Virus record (IMG/VR): IMGVR_UViG_3300037751_000162
Span: 1-38,050 of that record
Strand: one strand, 5' to 3'
Origin: a virus
Taxonomy: Duplodnaviria > Caudoviricetes
Length of the DNA: 38,050 nucleotides
The notes under the pieces are model-generated. The model made no database searches and was not told the origin of the DNA. It saw only the letters and a list, made by a program, of their open reading frames with translations. Both the position numbers and the translations under genes were made by a program. This document shows, one piece after another, positions 36,592 to 38,050 of the stretch. Positions within the stretch are counted from its first letter, which is position 1, and each line of letters opens with the position of its first letter.

Positions 36592-37368
36592 ATGAAAACC
36601 ATCGCAGACCTGAAAAGAAAAGTCGTCATCGGTACCTGGTTAGTGCTTGATAAATTCACAACAGATGGAAAGGATGCGCCACACAGGTACCTCAACGTCC
36701 CTCGTTGTGTAATAACAGCACAGACAGACCGCTTTGTTTGCACAACGACGGGCACAGCAAACGTCCCAAAACAGTCAATAAGCCACTGCGACTGGCCCAG
36801 AAAAAAAGAGTTCTCCTCAGATGCTGATGGGGAAGGGTTCGGGATTACGCGTAGTAATGTCTACCTGCATTACCGTATCGTTGGTAAAAGCAACGCGCCA
36901 ACACACGGGAACACCAATGAATTATCAAAGCGCGACAAAGAAGTCATTGCGCAGGGCTTAGGTATCCTGGAACGCCACGGTAAAAAAACCGGTCGGTTTT
37001 TTACAAAACCTGACACCACAGCCACGTATGTCAAACTGAAGATTGGTGGGGACAGGAAAGAAAACTTCATGGTGATATACCTTGATAACCAGCACCGACT
37101 GATCGAATCCGTTATCCACTTCACCGGCACTATCAACGGCTCACAGGTACACCCTCGTGAGATTGTCCGTCACGCCATGCTGGTTGATGCCGCCGCTCTT
37201 ATCTTGGCGCACAACCACCCGTCCGGTAATGCCGAGCCTTCTGATTCAGACCATGGCATCACTACTCAGATCGTAGACGCGATGAAAACCGTCTCCGTCC
37301 GCGTGCTTGACCACGTCATTGTCAGCACTGAACAACACGTATCTTTCGCAGAAAGAGGCCATATATGA
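36592..37368 (+). CDS. radC: RadC-like JAB-domain protein with an extra N-terminal domain (258 aa)
   Basis: E.F.V.YLD.Q.RLI, GT.....VHPREI, ILAHNHPSG...PS.SD and VLDHVIV motifs. Confidence 0.9.
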   Translation: MKTIADLKRKVVIGTWLVLDKFTTDGKDAPHRYLNVPRCVITAQTDRFVCTTTGTANVPKQSISHCDWPRKKEFSSDADGEGFGITRSNVYLHYRIVGKSNAPTHGNTNELSKRDKEVIAQGLGILERHGKKTGRFFTKPDTTATYVKLKIGGDRKENFMVIYLDNQHRLIESVIHFTGTINGSQVHPREIVRHAMLVDAAALILAHNHPSGNAEPSDSDHGITTQIVDAMKTVSVRVLDHVIVSTEQHVSFAERGHI

Positions 37369-37574
37369 AGTTCAGAATCCGCAGCAAAGCTTCGGGGGAC
37401 TACTGGCTTAAACGAGGCCATGGTTTCACATCTCAAAGGGAAGAAGCACATATCTATTCCTGTGCAGATTGGCCAGCAATCACAGACTGCAACAAGCTAT
37501 TCTCAACGTCGGGCGACGGTTACCGTGCCAGCCCCCTTATAATCCTGGAACTCCTCCCAGAAAAGGACAAATGA
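37365..37574 (+). CDS. Hypothetical protein (69 aa)
   Basis: ATGA overlap with radC; GAGG RBS. Confidence 0.7.
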   Translation: MKFRIRSKASGDYWLKRGHGFTSQREEAHIYSCADWPAITDCNKLFSTSGDGYRASPLIILELLPEKDK

Positions 37575-37575
37575 A

Positions 37576-38050
37576 ATGAACGTCGACCGCATCAACCACC
37601 TGAAACGCATCCTCTATGCAGTGCAAGATTTTATGGACGCACATCCAGAACATTACGTTGAATCCGAACACATTAGCAACGTGTTCGACCTCACCTACTG
37701 GGTGCACGACAACGTCACCCACAACATCTACAATAACAGGACGGCATTTTTATCAATAGACGACTCCGGATTTGTCGTTACAGAGCCGGCCACTGAGTTT
37801 GATCAACTCATACAGTGCGGTACTACATGCTGCGCTCTCGGGTGGGCATGTCTGGACCCTCACTTTCAAGAAGAGGGTCTGTATATACGTACAGATGATG
37901 ACGTACCAACATTTGAGGATAAGATAGGCTGCAAAGCAGCGGCAACGTTCTTTGATATTTCCTTCGATCAAGCCACGCGCGTGTTCATTCCGGAAAGCTA
38001 TGAGCCTTTCTTCGAAGAGCTCAACCTGAAGAGACCAGAAGACATACAAC
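37576..38050 (+). CDS. Hypothetical phage protein, truncated by the window edge (not in ORF track)
   Basis: AAGGA RBS; MNVDRINHLKRILYAVQD...CGTTCCALGWACLDPHFQEEGL; appears open to the window end. Confidence 0.75.
   Translation, partial: MNVDRINHLKRILYAVQDFMDAHPEHYVESEHISNVFDLTYWVHDNVTHNIYNNRTAFLSIDDSGFVVTEPATEFDQLIQCGTTCCALGWACLDPHFQEEGLYIRTDDDVPTFEDKIGCKAAATFFDISFDQATRVFIPESYEPFFEELNLKRPEDIQ

Overview
The window is part of a tailed dsDNA phage genome with podovirus-like architecture (P22-type portal, DUF4043/N4-gp56-type capsid, giant ejection protein). Bases 1-29.1 kb are a leftward late/morphogenesis region. Read in transcription order it holds two small Zn-ribbon genes, a HAD phosphatase, TerS, TerL, three beta-propeller cassettes, portal, scaffold, an Acb2 anti-CBASS sponge, major capsid, decoration/adaptor/tail genes and a >2325-aa ejection protein that is missing from the ORF track because it runs off the left edge. 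A repeat-rich, C-skewed gap at 29.1-29.8 kb marks the strand switch and may be the packaging/terminus region. From 29.8 kb to the end are rightward early-type genes, including a probable iteron-type origin at 32.3-32.7 kb, a YfaP-like two-gene module and a RadC/JAB fusion. The most unusual element sits between TerL and portal: beta-propeller genes from two repeat families all carry a 14-aa C-terminal tag (FWxxLxxxxVQGAS*). Two tags lie in a 49/51-bp direct repeat, and one cassette has its tag out of frame. All family assignments come from motif recognition by eye, with no database searches. No integrase, lysis genes, tRNA, rRNA or CRISPR array were recognised.
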